From NCBI GenBank assembly GCA_021809495.1, contig JAKAZI010000003.1:368-64367 (forward strand): 64,000 nucleotides of DNA, written 5' to 3'. Shown here piece after piece: positions 7,924 through 17,542 of this stretch; the first letter of the stretch is position 1; every line of letters begins with the position of its first letter. Position numbers and translations under genes: made by a program. A model generated the notes under the pieces. That model was not told where the DNA came from and made no database searches. It saw only the letters and a list, made by a program, of their open reading frames with translations. The stretch is from Actinomycetes bacterium. GTDB taxonomy: Bacteria > Actinomycetota > Acidimicrobiia > Acidimicrobiales > RAAP-2.

Positions 7924-8699
7924 CCCATCGAGTGGGCGCCGCCGTCGACGTGAATGATCGACGCGGTGGTGAGCCGCATCAGTGGCGAGAGCAGCGCGAG
8001 GGTCGTATCGGCCACCGCGCTGGAGTCGTGGACGTCCCAGCCGAGCGGAGCGCGCTCGCCCCAGGTGTCCTCGAAGTGAGCGAAGCCGGGGATCGACTTC
8101 GCCGCGACGGTGCGGATCGGACCCGCGGCGACCATGTTGACGCGAATGCGGTCCCCACCGACCTCGCGAGCGAGGTAGCGGCCCAGGGATTCGAGTCCCG
8201 CCTTCATGACCCCCATCCAGTCATAGAGCGGATAGGCGCGAGACGCGTCAAAGTCGAGCGACACCACGGACGCCCCGCCGTGGGCCGTGCTCGCCTGCAG
8301 CAGCGGTCGAAAGGCCCCGACCAGGGTGGCGAGCGAGTAGGTCGAAATGTGCATGGCGGTGGCGACGTCCTCGAAGGGGGCGGCGAACATGCCCACACCC
8401 AGACACGACGGTGGGGCGTAACCAATGGCGTGCACCAGACCATCGAGTCGGCCAAAGCGCTCACCGACGCTCTGGACCGCGGCGGCGACTTGATCGGGTT
8501 CGGTCACGTCGAGCTCGACGACCTCACCGACGTCGCCCAGTTTGCGAACGGTGCGCTTGGTCAGCGACAGTCCACGGCCCGCGCCGGTGATAATGACCGA
8601 GGCCCCCTCGGCCAACGCGCGTTCGGCGATTCGAAAGGCGAGGGAATCATCGGTCAGCACACCGGTGATCAGGATTCGATGATTCGTAAGCAAGCCCAT
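7920..8699 (-). CDS. fabI: Enoyl-ACP reductase FabI (InhA-like)
   Basis: ITGVLTDDSLAF, Y-x6-K in YDWMGVMK, AGPIRT, HVDGG. Confidence 0.92.
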   Translation of the reverse strand: MGLLTNHRILITGVLTDDSLAFRIAERALAEGASVIITGAGRGLSLTKRTVRKLGDVGEVVELDVTEPDQVAAAVQSVGERFGRLDGLVHAIGYAPPSCLGVGMFAAPFEDVATAMHISTYSLATLVGAFRPLLQASTAHGGASVVSLDFDASRAYPLYDWMGVMKAGLESLGRYLAREVGGDRIRVNMVAAGPIRTVAAKSIPGFAHFEDTWGERAPLGWDVHDSSAVADTTLALLSPLMRLTTASIIHVDGGAHSMG

Positions 8700-8704
8700 C
8701 TTGT

Positions 8705-8711
8705 TAGCGTA
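8705..8711. promoter_or_regulatory. Overlapping divergent -10 elements (TAGCGTA) for fabI and fno
   Basis: Plus TAGCGT at 8705-8710 and minus TACGCT at 8711-8706, the latter 6 nt before the fabI ATG. Confidence 0.55.
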
Positions 8712-8738
8712 GTTCCAGCACTTCGAAGGACGGTGATG

Positions 8739-9392
8739 ATGAACGCGACGATCGGGATAATCGGTGGCACGGGACCGGCGGGACGCGGGGTCGCGGTCCG
8801 CCTGGCCAAGTGCGGCTACGCGGTCTCAGTCGGATCGCGCGACGCCGCGCGCGCCGAGGCGGTCGTGGGCGCCATGGTGATGCCGGCCGAGGGTTCGATA
8901 CGCGGGGTCGCCAACGACGAGGCGGCGAACGCGGACGTCGTAATCGTGGCCACACCCTGGGACTCGGCGGTCGCGACCGTCAAGGCACTGCGCGAGCCAT
9001 TGGCCGGCAAGGTCGTCATCTCCATGGTGAACGCGCTGGTGCGCGAGGGCCGAGAGCTCGTGCCGCTCTACCCGTCGCGCGGTTCGATGGCCGCCCAACT
9101 CGCCTCCACCTTGCCGTCGAGCCGGATCGTCGGGGCCTTTCATCATCTGCCCGCCGCGCAGATGGAGGACCTCGAGAGCGGACTCGACGCCGACGTGGTG
9201 GTCTTCGGTGACGACGCTGGCGCGCGCGAGATCGTGGCGGACCTGGTCACCGCGATGCCGGGTTTGCGCGGCGTGGTCGCGGGGACCATGTCCCTGGCCG
9301 GCGCGGTCGAGGCATTCACCGCGGTGTGCGTCTCGATCAACATCCGCCACAAGGCCCACTCGTACGTCAAGCTCGAAGGGCTCGGCCACTGA
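8739..9392 (+). CDS. npdG: NADPH-dependent F420 reductase (Fno/NpdG)
   Basis: GIIGGTGPAG, VGSRD, ATPW, N-x-L, GSMA and GAFH motifs, C-terminal INIRHK. GAAGGA RBS; start at 8736 or 8739. Confidence 0.85.
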   Translation: MNATIGIIGGTGPAGRGVAVRLAKCGYAVSVGSRDAARAEAVVGAMVMPAEGSIRGVANDEAANADVVIVATPWDSAVATVKALREPLAGKVVISMVNALVREGRELVPLYPSRGSMAAQLASTLPSSRIVGAFHHLPAAQMEDLESGLDADVVVFGDDAGAREIVADLVTAMPGLRGVVAGTMSLAGAVEAFTAVCVSINIRHKAHSYVKLEGLGH

Positions 9393-10513
9393 TGCAGTTG
9401 TACGACACGGCGCGCCGGGGGGTGTTCCCGCTCGAAACCGGGCCCACGGTGACGATGTACAGCTGTGGGATCACGCCCTACGACGCCGCTCACCTCGGAC
9501 ACGCCTACGTCTACTTGACCTTTGACGTCCTGCAGCGTCGCATGCGTGACGCGGGATACGACACGCGATGCGTGCGCAACGTCACCGACGTCGATGACGA
9601 CATCCTGCGAAAGTCACGCGAGCTCGGCGTGCACTACCTGGACCTGGCGGCCGAGGAGATGGCCATCTTCGAACGCGACATGCAGCTGTTGAATCTGCTG
9701 CCGTGCTTCACCGAGCCGCGCGCGACCGGCGCGATTCCCGAGATCTTGACGTTGATCGGCGAGACCTTCGACCAGGGGCTGGCCTACGCCGTCGACGGCT
9801 GGGTGTTCTTCGAGGTCGCGAAGTTCCCCCGCTTCGGACAGGTCAGCCACGAAACGCGCGAGTCGATGTTGGAGTTGGCCGCGCTGCACGGCGGACGGCC
9901 CGACGACCCGCGCAAGCGCGACCCCCTCGACTTCGTCCTGTGGCAACCGTCACTCGGCGACGAGCCCTCGTGGGAGTCACGCTGGGGGGCGGGCCGACCC
10001 GGCTGGCACATCGAATGCTCCGCGCTGTCCCTGCGCGACCTCGGTGAGACCGTCGACGTCCACGGTGGCGGCAGAGACCTCGCCTTTCCTCACCACGAAT
10101 GCGAAGCCGCCCAGTCCGAGTCGGTGACGGGCGCGCCCTTCGTGAAGCACTGGCTCCACGTCGGCCTGGTCGGACTGCACGGCACGAAGATGTCCAAGTC
10201 ACTGGGCAATCTCGTCTTCGTGTCCGATCTCGTGCGCCGGGCCGACCCGAGTTCGGTTCGCCTGGCCCTGCTCGACCAGCACTACCGCACCGACTGGGAG
10301 TGGCGCGACGAGCTGCTCCTTCGGGCCCAGTCGCGCCTCGCGACCTGGGAGTCGACGTTGACGGCCGGTCGACCCAGCGCGCTTATCGACGACGTGCGAA
10401 GCGCGCTCGATGACGACCTCAACACGCCGGCGGCCCTCGGTCTGATCGACGACGCGGCGCACGCCGGATACAACGTCGCCCCGGCCGCCACTTTGCTCGG
10501 CGTTACGCTGTAG
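9392..10513 (+). CDS. mshC: Mycothiol ligase MshC (CysRS paralogue)
   Basis: CGITPY (MshC type, where CysRS has CGPTVY), HLGH, PGWHIECS, KMSKS, DDLNTP. Short (373 aa), with no anticodon-binding domain. Confidence 0.75.
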   Translation: MQLYDTARRGVFPLETGPTVTMYSCGITPYDAAHLGHAYVYLTFDVLQRRMRDAGYDTRCVRNVTDVDDDILRKSRELGVHYLDLAAEEMAIFERDMQLLNLLPCFTEPRATGAIPEILTLIGETFDQGLAYAVDGWVFFEVAKFPRFGQVSHETRESMLELAALHGGRPDDPRKRDPLDFVLWQPSLGDEPSWESRWGAGRPGWHIECSALSLRDLGETVDVHGGGRDLAFPHHECEAAQSESVTGAPFVKHWLHVGLVGLHGTKMSKSLGNLVFVSDLVRRADPSSVRLALLDQHYRTDWEWRDELLLRAQSRLATWESTLTAGRPSALIDDVRSALDDDLNTPAALGLIDDAAHAGYNVAPAATLLGVTL

Positions 10514-10529
10514 TCAAAGAAAGGGAGTC

Positions 10530-12512
10530 ATGTCGGAACTTTCGGTGCAACTACCGGATGGAACAACGCGCACCCTCGCGCAGGGCACCACCGGCGCCGG
10601 CCTCGCCGCTGAGATTGGGCGGCGACTCGCGAAGGACGCCCTCGTGGCGCAGGTCAACGAGCAGTTGACCGACCTCTCGACGCCCCTGGTCGATGGGGCG
10701 CACGTGGCCATCGTCACGCCGGCGAGCGATCTGGGGCGAGAGATCCTTCGTCACTCGACCGCCCACGTGCTCGCCCAGGCGGTCACTCGCCTGTGGCCCG
10801 GTGCGCACTACGCGATCGGACCGGCGATCGAGAACGGTTTCTACTACGACTTCGAACTGCCCGGTGACGTTCACTTCACCGACGACGACCTGGCCGTGAT
10901 CGAGGCGACGATGCGCGCGATCATCGCCGAAGACCAACCGTTCACGCGCTCGGAGTACTCGATCGACGAGGGGCTCGAGCTCTTCAAGGATCAGCCCTTC
11001 AAGGTCGAGATCATCCGGGGCGTAGCGTCGGGTACCGCCGCCGACGAGGACCTGGACGAGGTGTCGAGCGCGTCGGTGGTGTCGACCTACGCCAACGCCG
11101 GCGGTTTCGTCGACCTCTGCCGTGGCCCCCACGTACCCTCCACGGGACGGCTCGGTCACTTCAAGCTCATGCGGGTGGCCGGGGCCTACTGGCGAGGCGA
11201 CGAGAACCGCCCGCAGTTGCAGCGGATCTACGGGACCGCCTGGGAGTCCGACGCCGCGCTGGCGGCGCACCTGCACCAGCTCGAGGAGGCCGAAAAGCGA
11301 GACCACCGCCGGCTGGCCACCGAGATGGACCTACTCAGCTTTCCGTCAGAACTCGGGGGAGGGCTCGCAGTCTGGCACCCGCGCGGGGGCATCATCCGCA
11401 AGGAGATGGAGGACTATTCGCGCTCGCGCCACCTCGAGGGCGGCTACCAGTTCGTCGTCACGCCGCACCTGACCAACAAGCGCCTCTACGAGACCTCGGG
11501 TCACCTGAGCTTCTACAAGGACGGCATGTACCCGCCGATGGAGCTCGACAACGGCACGTACTACATGAAGCCGATGAACTGCCCGATGCACTGCCTGATC
11601 TTCAAGAGCCGGGCGCGAAGCTATCGCGAGCTGCCGCTGCGACTGTTCGAGTTGGGCACGGTCTATCGCTACGAGCGCGCGGGGACGCTGCACGGCTTGA
11701 TGCGGATCCGCGGCTTCACCCAGGACGACAGTCACATCTACTGCACCGAAGACCAGCTCCAAGACGAGATCGCGTCGCTGCTCGAGTTCGTCATGAGCGT
11801 GTTGCGGGCCTTCGGGTTCACCGACTTCACCGCGAACCTCTCGACGAAGGACCCGAAGAAGTACGTCGGCTCCGACGAGATCTGGGAGAAGAGCACCGAC
11901 GCGCTGCGCCTCGCGCTCGAAAAGTTTGGCCTACCGTTCCAGATTAAGAAGGGTGACGCCGCGTTCTACGGGCCCAAGATCGACATCGACGTGCGCGACG
12001 CCATCGGACGGACGTGGCAGCTGAGCACGATCCAGTGCGACTTCAACCACCCGGAGCGCTTCGACCTCGAGTACGTGGGGGCCGACAACCAACGTCACCG
12101 TCCCATCATGTTGCACCGCGCACTCTTCGGTTCGATCGAGCGGTTCTTTGGCGTGTTGCTCGAGCACTACGCCGGCAACCTGCCGACGTGGCTGGCGCCC
12201 GAGCAGGTACGGGTTCTCGGGGTCCGTGACGACCACGACGACTACGCGCGCGACGTCGCGGGCGAACTGCGTTCGATGGGGGTGCGGGCGTTCATCGAAG
12301 AGGCGACCGAACCCCTCGGCGCACGCATCCGGCGAGCCAAGCTCGAGAAGATTCCCTACATCGTGGTCGTCGGCGACGAGGACGTGCGCGCCGGAACCGT
12401 CGGGGTCAACAAGCGTGGTTCGAACGACCCCGATCGCGCGGTCGCCCTGAGCGACTTCGTTCGCGCGGTGGTCGCTGAAATCGCTGCCCACGGCGCTCCC
12501 GAGGACGAGTAA
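10530..12512 (+). CDS. thrS: Threonine--tRNA ligase
   Basis: TGS domain, RHSTAH, DLCRGPH, KPMNCP, FYGPKID, HRA. Confidence 0.98.
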   Translation: MSELSVQLPDGTTRTLAQGTTGAGLAAEIGRRLAKDALVAQVNEQLTDLSTPLVDGAHVAIVTPASDLGREILRHSTAHVLAQAVTRLWPGAHYAIGPAIENGFYYDFELPGDVHFTDDDLAVIEATMRAIIAEDQPFTRSEYSIDEGLELFKDQPFKVEIIRGVASGTAADEDLDEVSSASVVSTYANAGGFVDLCRGPHVPSTGRLGHFKLMRVAGAYWRGDENRPQLQRIYGTAWESDAALAAHLHQLEEAEKRDHRRLATEMDLLSFPSELGGGLAVWHPRGGIIRKEMEDYSRSRHLEGGYQFVVTPHLTNKRLYETSGHLSFYKDGMYPPMELDNGTYYMKPMNCPMHCLIFKSRARSYRELPLRLFELGTVYRYERAGTLHGLMRIRGFTQDDSHIYCTEDQLQDEIASLLEFVMSVLRAFGFTDFTANLSTKDPKKYVGSDEIWEKSTDALRLALEKFGLPFQIKKGDAAFYGPKIDIDVRDAIGRTWQLSTIQCDFNHPERFDLEYVGADNQRHRPIMLHRALFGSIERFFGVLLEHYAGNLPTWLAPEQVRVLGVRDDHDDYARDVAGELRSMGVRAFIEEATEPLGARIRRAKLEKIPYIVVVGDEDVRAGTVGVNKRGSNDPDRAVALSDFVRAVVAEIAAHGAPEDE

Positions 12513-13025
12513 GTGCCGCTCGAGCGATTTTCGGCGGCGTGGCGCGAGGGCTACGTCAGCGGCGACGACGTGGTGGCCAATGCCCGTGAAGACGTCGCGT
12601 GCGTGTTCTGCGTGCTGGCGAGCCAACCCGTTGACGAGTCGACGGGCGTCCTCTGGCGAGGGAGCCACACGTTCGTCGTGCTGAACGCCTTCCCCTACGG
12701 ATCGGGCCACGTGCTCGTCCTGCCGTATCGACACGTAGCGGGACTGGTGGAGCTGAGCGACGAGGAGTACCTGGACTTCAGTCTCGCGATCCGGCGAACG
12801 GCGCGCGCCCTGGAACGCGCCTACGGCGCCGAGGGCATGAACGTCGGGATGAACCTCGGTCTCGCCGCCGGCGCGGGCATCCCCAAACACCTGCACGCGC
12901 ACGTCTTGCCGCGCTGGAACGGCGACACGAACTTCATGACCACGATCGGCGAGGTCCGCGTCTTGCCCGAATCACTCGCTTCGACCTGGAATAAGGTACG
13001 ACCGCACATGGAAACCGAGGCGTGA
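12513..13025 (+). CDS. HIT family protein (Ap4A hydrolase/phosphorylase-like)
   Basis: CVFC, LNAFPY, AGAGI, HLHAH, PRWNGD. Conserved position between thrS and pgsA. Confidence 0.9.
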   Translation: MPLERFSAAWREGYVSGDDVVANAREDVACVFCVLASQPVDESTGVLWRGSHTFVVLNAFPYGSGHVLVLPYRHVAGLVELSDEEYLDFSLAIRRTARALERAYGAEGMNVGMNLGLAAGAGIPKHLHAHVLPRWNGDTNFMTTIGEVRVLPESLASTWNKVRPHMETEA

Positions 13026-13067
13026 GCGTCCTCGCCGATAGAATTGCGGAAACGGTCCGGGGGATCA

Positions 13068-13733
13068 ATGTTTGATGGCAATTTCCGTAAGACGGTCGAC
13101 GCCACCACGGCGCCCGTGGGTCAGTGGCTCGTGCGCCGAGGCGTTTCAGCCGACGTCCTGACGGGTTCGGGTCTCGCCTTCGCGGCGCTGACCGCGTGGT
13201 CGATCGGCGTCGGGTACCACTATCTCGCAATCGTACTGTTGGCCCTGACGGGCTTTCACGACATGCTCGACGGAGCCGTGGCCAAGGCCTCGCACCGGGC
13301 GAGTCAGCGGGGGAGTTTCTTTGACTCGGTCATCGACCGAGTGTCCGACGCGCTGCTGATGGGCGGGGTCGCCTACTACCTGACCGCCCACGGTCGCGGC
13401 CAGCTCGTGTTGCTGCCGTTCGCGATCATGACCACGACGTTCCTGATCTCCTATCAGCGCTCCAAGGCCGAAAGCCTGGGTCTATCGGCCAAGGGCGGGC
13501 TCATGGAGCGCGCCGAACGGATGATCCTGTTGGGCGTGGCGCTGCTGGCGACCCCGATCTTCGTCCCGGTCCTGTGGCTGATGCTGGTCCTGACCGCCAT
13601 GACCGCCGGCGGTCGGTTCCTGCGGGTCTGGCGGGTCGCCGCGCGACCCGAGCCGCTGCACCGTCCCGTCACCCGTCCGCACCGCAACGTCGGTCGAACG
13701 AGGCGGGCGCTGACTCGCGCGTCGCGTCATTGA
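13068..13733 (+). CDS. pgsA: CDP-alcohol phosphatidyltransferase (phosphatidylinositol phosphate synthase)
   Basis: D-x2-DG-x2-A...G-x3-D-x3-DR signature; thrS-HIT-pgsA-patA-pimA synteny. Confidence 0.88.
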   Translation: MFDGNFRKTVDATTAPVGQWLVRRGVSADVLTGSGLAFAALTAWSIGVGYHYLAIVLLALTGFHDMLDGAVAKASHRASQRGSFFDSVIDRVSDALLMGGVAYYLTAHGRGQLVLLPFAIMTTTFLISYQRSKAESLGLSAKGGLMERAERMILLGVALLATPIFVPVLWLMLVLTAMTAGGRFLRVWRVAARPEPLHRPVTRPHRNVGRTRRALTRASRH

Positions 13734-14614
13734 CCGTGGCCGGGCGGGTCCGCGTCGCGGTCTTCCGATCCCTGGGCGCCCTGATCGAGCGAGTACCTGA
13801 ATCGGTGGCGGTAGCGGTAGCGCGACGGATCAGTCGGTCGCTACGCGTGAAGGACGCCCGACGCAACCTCGCGCTCAACCTCGCGCACGCTCTCGGCGGG
13901 ACACCCGCGGCACGAGAACCGCTCATCGAACGCTTCGTCGATCGCGCCATGGCGAGCTACGGGCAGTACTGGGCGGAGAGCGCGAAGCTGGCGGCGCTGT
14001 CGGGTTCGACGATCTCGGACCGGTTCCAGATCGCCGAGGGTCGTGGCTACCTCGACGCGGCCCACGACGCCGGCGCCGGCGTGGTCGTGGCGCTGCCCCA
14101 CATGGGGAGCTGGGAGTGGGGTGGCGCGTTCCTGGCCCAGATCGGCATGCCGATGACCGCCGTCGCCGAAGCGCTCGAGCCACCCGCCTTGTTCGACTGG
14201 TTCAAGGCGAAACGTGAGCGCATCGGTATCACGATCGAGCCACTCGACGCCCACGCGGGCACGGTTCTCCTCGAGACGCTCAGGCGTGGTGGCGTGGTCG
14301 GTCTGCTGTGTGATCGCGACCTGGTGGGCAACGGGATCCCCGTCGACTTCTTCGGCGAGCGGGTGACGCTGCCGGCGGGTCCGGCGACGTTGGCGCTTCG
14401 AACCGGTGCCGCCCTGGTCGCCGCGGCCTGCTACGCGGGTCCCGGTCGTGACCACTTCGCGGTCATCACGCCGCCGATCCCCGCCAAGCGTCTCGGACGA
14501 CTGCGCGACGACGTCGCGCGAGTCACTCAAGCGATCGCCCATGAACTCGAGAACTTGATCAGTCGCGCCCCCGAGCAGTGGCACGTGCTCCAGCCTCGAT
14601 TCGATCCCCAGTGA
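13730..14614 (+). CDS. patA: Phosphatidylinositol mannoside acyltransferase
   Basis: LPHMGSWE, DRDL, FFGE, PAGPA, PEQWH. Start is TTG 13730 or GTG 13736. Confidence 0.88.
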   Translation: MTVAGRVRVAVFRSLGALIERVPESVAVAVARRISRSLRVKDARRNLALNLAHALGGTPAAREPLIERFVDRAMASYGQYWAESAKLAALSGSTISDRFQIAEGRGYLDAAHDAGAGVVVALPHMGSWEWGGAFLAQIGMPMTAVAEALEPPALFDWFKAKRERIGITIEPLDAHAGTVLLETLRRGGVVGLLCDRDLVGNGIPVDFFGERVTLPAGPATLALRTGAALVAAACYAGPGRDHFAVITPPIPAKRLGRLRDDVARVTQAIAHELENLISRAPEQWHVLQPRFDPQ

Positions 14615-15714
14615 CGCCCCGGCGGGTCGTGCTCGTGTGTCCCTACGCGCTGAGCGTCTTCGGCGGGGTGCAGGAACAGGCGCTCGCGATGAGCCGTGAA
14701 CTTCACCGGCGTGACTACGAGGTCGACCTGGTCGCCCCGGATTGCACGGATCGGCGCGACTACGACACCCCCGCGAGGGTGCACCGCTTCGGTCACGTCG
14801 TGTCGATGCCCGCCAACGGGTCGCGCGCGCCGATCACCCTCTCGGTGCTGGCTGGTCGTCAGGTGGCCGCGCTCGTCGCGCGTCGGGCGCCCTACGTCGT
14901 GCACTACCACGAACCCTTCGCGCCGGTTCTGGGCTGGTCGGCGCTACGCGCGCACGCGGCCGCGGCGCTCGGCACCCTGCATCGAAGCGGCGAGGGTCCG
15001 GCGACGACGCTCACGGGCCCGCTGCTGCGAAGCCTCGCGCGTCGCCTCGACGCGAGCGTGGCCGTGAGCCCCGCGGCCGCTGCCACGATGGGCAGGGCGG
15101 CTGGACTCGAGCCCGAGGTGCTGTTCAACGGCTTCGAGATGGATCGATTCGTCGAGTTCGCCCGCGTCGAGCCCCCGGTGATCACGGTCCTCGTCGTCGG
15201 TCGCCTCGAGGAGCGTAAGGGCGTCGAGTTCGCGATTCGGGCGATCGGAAGTCACAACGCGAGCGGTGCGGTGCCGTGGCGCCTCGTCGTGCTCGGCGAC
15301 GGACCCGAGCGCGCGCGACTCGAGACGTTGGCGCTCGGCCTTAACTGTGAGTTCCTCGGTGCGCCGAGCGACGAGCAGAAGCGTCAATGGCTACGACGAG
15401 CGTCGGTGGTCGTCGCACCGTCGCTGCGCGGCGAGAGTTTCGGACTGGTGCTGCTCGAGGCGATGGCGAGCGAGGTACCACTGGTGGCGAGCGATATCGA
15501 GGGTTACCGGGAGGCCGCGGGCGGCCACGCGGTGCTCGTGGCGCCGGGCGACGCCACCGCACTGGAGCTGGGCATTGCGCGGGCGCTCGAGCGCGGCGCT
15601 GACGCGGTGCGAAACGCGCGAGACCACGCTGCGGCGTGGTCGATGGGTCGGTTGATGGACGACTACGAGCGCCGCTACGAACTGGCTCGCCGCCGCTTCG
15701 AGGGCGCACGGTAG
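14611..15714 (+). CDS. pimA: GT4 phosphatidyl-myo-inositol alpha-mannosyltransferase
   Basis: CPY..GGVQ, NGSRAP, HEP, RKG, GESFGLVLLEAMA; synteny. Confidence 0.88.
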   Translation: MTPRRVVLVCPYALSVFGGVQEQALAMSRELHRRDYEVDLVAPDCTDRRDYDTPARVHRFGHVVSMPANGSRAPITLSVLAGRQVAALVARRAPYVVHYHEPFAPVLGWSALRAHAAAALGTLHRSGEGPATTLTGPLLRSLARRLDASVAVSPAAAATMGRAAGLEPEVLFNGFEMDRFVEFARVEPPVITVLVVGRLEERKGVEFAIRAIGSHNASGAVPWRLVVLGDGPERARLETLALGLNCEFLGAPSDEQKRQWLRRASVVVAPSLRGESFGLVLLEAMASEVPLVASDIEGYREAAGGHAVLVAPGDATALELGIARALERGADAVRNARDHAAAWSMGRLMDDYERRYELARRRFEGAR

Positions 15715-15723
15715 CCTGGGACA

Positions 15724-16623
15724 ATGGCCACGAAGCAAAAGTCCCGCAACCGGCGTCCCTCGACGCGTGATCGGGGACCGCGCTACGTCGAGCCCGTGCT
15801 GGATCCCAACTGGCAGAGCCCCTACGTTCCCTCCGCCGAGGAGCGCGAATCGAACAGTGCCGCCGTTCGCCGCTACGGCTGGCGCCGACGGATTCCGGCG
15901 ACCATCGCGGTCGCCGTGCTCGTCGTAGCACTCGTGGTCGGGGTGGTCGTGTCGATCTGGCTGGCGGTACTCGGCGTCGTGATCGGCGCCCTCTACGGCT
16001 GGGACCTCTACCGCTCCTTTGATCGTTTGGAACGACTCGGCACCGGCGCGGGCGAGAACGTCGCGCAGCTGATCACCGAGGGGGGAAGCGCCCACGACCG
16101 TCAGCGACTCGCTATCGTCGTGGACCGCCTGTGCGCGACCTTCGGCGTCGACGGCCTCACGGCCCTGATCATCGAAGACGGGGGCTACAACGCGACGCTG
16201 ATGCGTCGCGACGGCGGTCTCGTGTTGTACGTGACGAGCGCATTGTTGCGCGACTTCGAACTCATCGAGTTAGAGGGCGTCGTCGCCCACTGCCTCGCTC
16301 GCCAGCGTCTGGGTTTGCTCGAGCGCCAGTGCATCGCCGCCTCGGTCTCCCTGGAGGAGGCCGCTCGACGGAGCCTCGCCGGTGTCGGGCAGTGCTACCG
16401 GGCCGACGAGGTCGCGGCCGCGGCGATCCGCTACCCGTTGGGTCTGGCGAGTGCGCTGCGCCGCTGCGCCGATCAGGGGGTACTCGAGGGCTCGTACTTC
16501 GCCTCGCCGGCCTTTTCGCTCACGCGGTGGTCGTGGTTCAACCCCTTCGCCGATCGCGCCGAGACGGATCTGGGCGACCTCGACGATCCCCGACTGCGAT
16601 CGTTGGCCCTCGAAGAGTGGTAA
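15724..16623 (+). CDS. Membrane protein with a degenerate HtpX/M48 peptidase fold
   Basis: Two N-terminal TM helices; VTSALL..ELEGVVAHCLAR; YRADEVAAAAIRYPLGLASALRR. HExxH is not intact. Confidence 0.65.
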   Translation: MATKQKSRNRRPSTRDRGPRYVEPVLDPNWQSPYVPSAEERESNSAAVRRYGWRRRIPATIAVAVLVVALVVGVVVSIWLAVLGVVIGALYGWDLYRSFDRLERLGTGAGENVAQLITEGGSAHDRQRLAIVVDRLCATFGVDGLTALIIEDGGYNATLMRRDGGLVLYVTSALLRDFELIELEGVVAHCLARQRLGLLERQCIAASVSLEEAARRSLAGVGQCYRADEVAAAAIRYPLGLASALRRCADQGVLEGSYFASPAFSLTRWSWFNPFADRAETDLGDLDDPRLRSLALEEW

Positions 16624-16645
16624 GGACGCCCGGTAGGCTGGGGGC

Positions 16646-17542
16646 ATGACACTTACATCTGACAGTTCGGTCGTCGGTTCAGCTCGCGTCAAGCGGGGTT
16701 TGGCGGACATGCTGCGCGGCGGGGTGATCATGGACGTGGTCAATCCCGAGCAGGCCAAGGTCGCCGAGGACGCGGGAGCGGTCGCGGTCATGGCCCTGGA
16801 ACGCGTGCCCTCGGACATCCGTCGTGACGGTGGCGTCGCGCGGATGAGCGACCCGCAGATGATCCAGGAGATTCAGGCCACCGTCACGATCCCGGTGATG
16901 GCCAAGGCCCGCATCGGCCACTTCGCCGAGGCCCAGATCCTCCAGGCCCTCGACGTGGACTACATCGACGAATCTGAGGTACTCACCCCAGCCGACGAGG
17001 ACAACCACATCGACAAGTGGGGATTCACGGTGCCCTTCGTCTGTGGCGCGACCAACCTCGGCGAAGCGCTGCGGCGCATTGGCGAGGGCGCGTGCCTCAT
17101 TCGCTCCAAGGGCGAAGCGGGAACGGGCAACGTGGTAGAGGCCGTGCGCCACCTGCGGACGATCAACGCCCAGATGCGTCGACTCGCCTCGGCCGACGAA
17201 GCCGAGCTCTACCGACTCGCCAAGGACCTGCAGGCGCCGTTGCCGCTCGTGCTCGAGGTTGCCCAGACGGGCGCCCTCCCGGTGCCCATGTTCTGCGCGG
17301 GTGGGATCTCCACACCGGCTGACGCGTCGCTCGTGATGCAGCTCGGCGCCCAGGCGGTTTTCGTGGGTTCGGGAATCTTCAAGAGCGAGGACCCCGATCG
17401 GATGGCCCGCGCAATCGTGGAGGCCGCGACCCACTACCAGGACGCCTCGGTCGTCGCCAAGGTTTCCACGGGCCTCGGTGCGGCGATGCGCGGCTTCGAG
17501 ATGGCCTCGCTCGAGCAGCGCCTGGCCGAACGCGGGTGGTAG
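16646..17542 (+). CDS. pdxS: Pyridoxal 5'-phosphate synthase lyase subunit
   Basis: [39 protein letters not shown]. Confidence 0.98.
   Translation: MTLTSDSSVVGSARVKRGLADMLRGGVIMDVVNPEQAKVAEDAGAVAVMALERVPSDIRRDGGVARMSDPQMIQEIQATVTIPVMAKARIGHFAEAQILQALDVDYIDESEVLTPADEDNHIDKWGFTVPFVCGATNLGEALRRIGEGACLIRSKGEAGTGNVVEAVRHLRTINAQMRRLASADEAELYRLAKDLQAPLPLVLEVAQTGALPVPMFCAGGISTPADASLVMQLGAQAVFVGSGIFKSEDPDRMARAIVEAATHYQDASVVAKVSTGLGAAMRGFEMASLEQRLAERGW

Noticed and set aside
4754-9392. Long N-terminal extensions in the ORF track (4754, 5905, 7932, 9326; also 38049, 43863, 59034, 60089)
   Set aside because: They overlap genuine neighbouring genes. Family homology and coupled or RBS-supported starts begin later.
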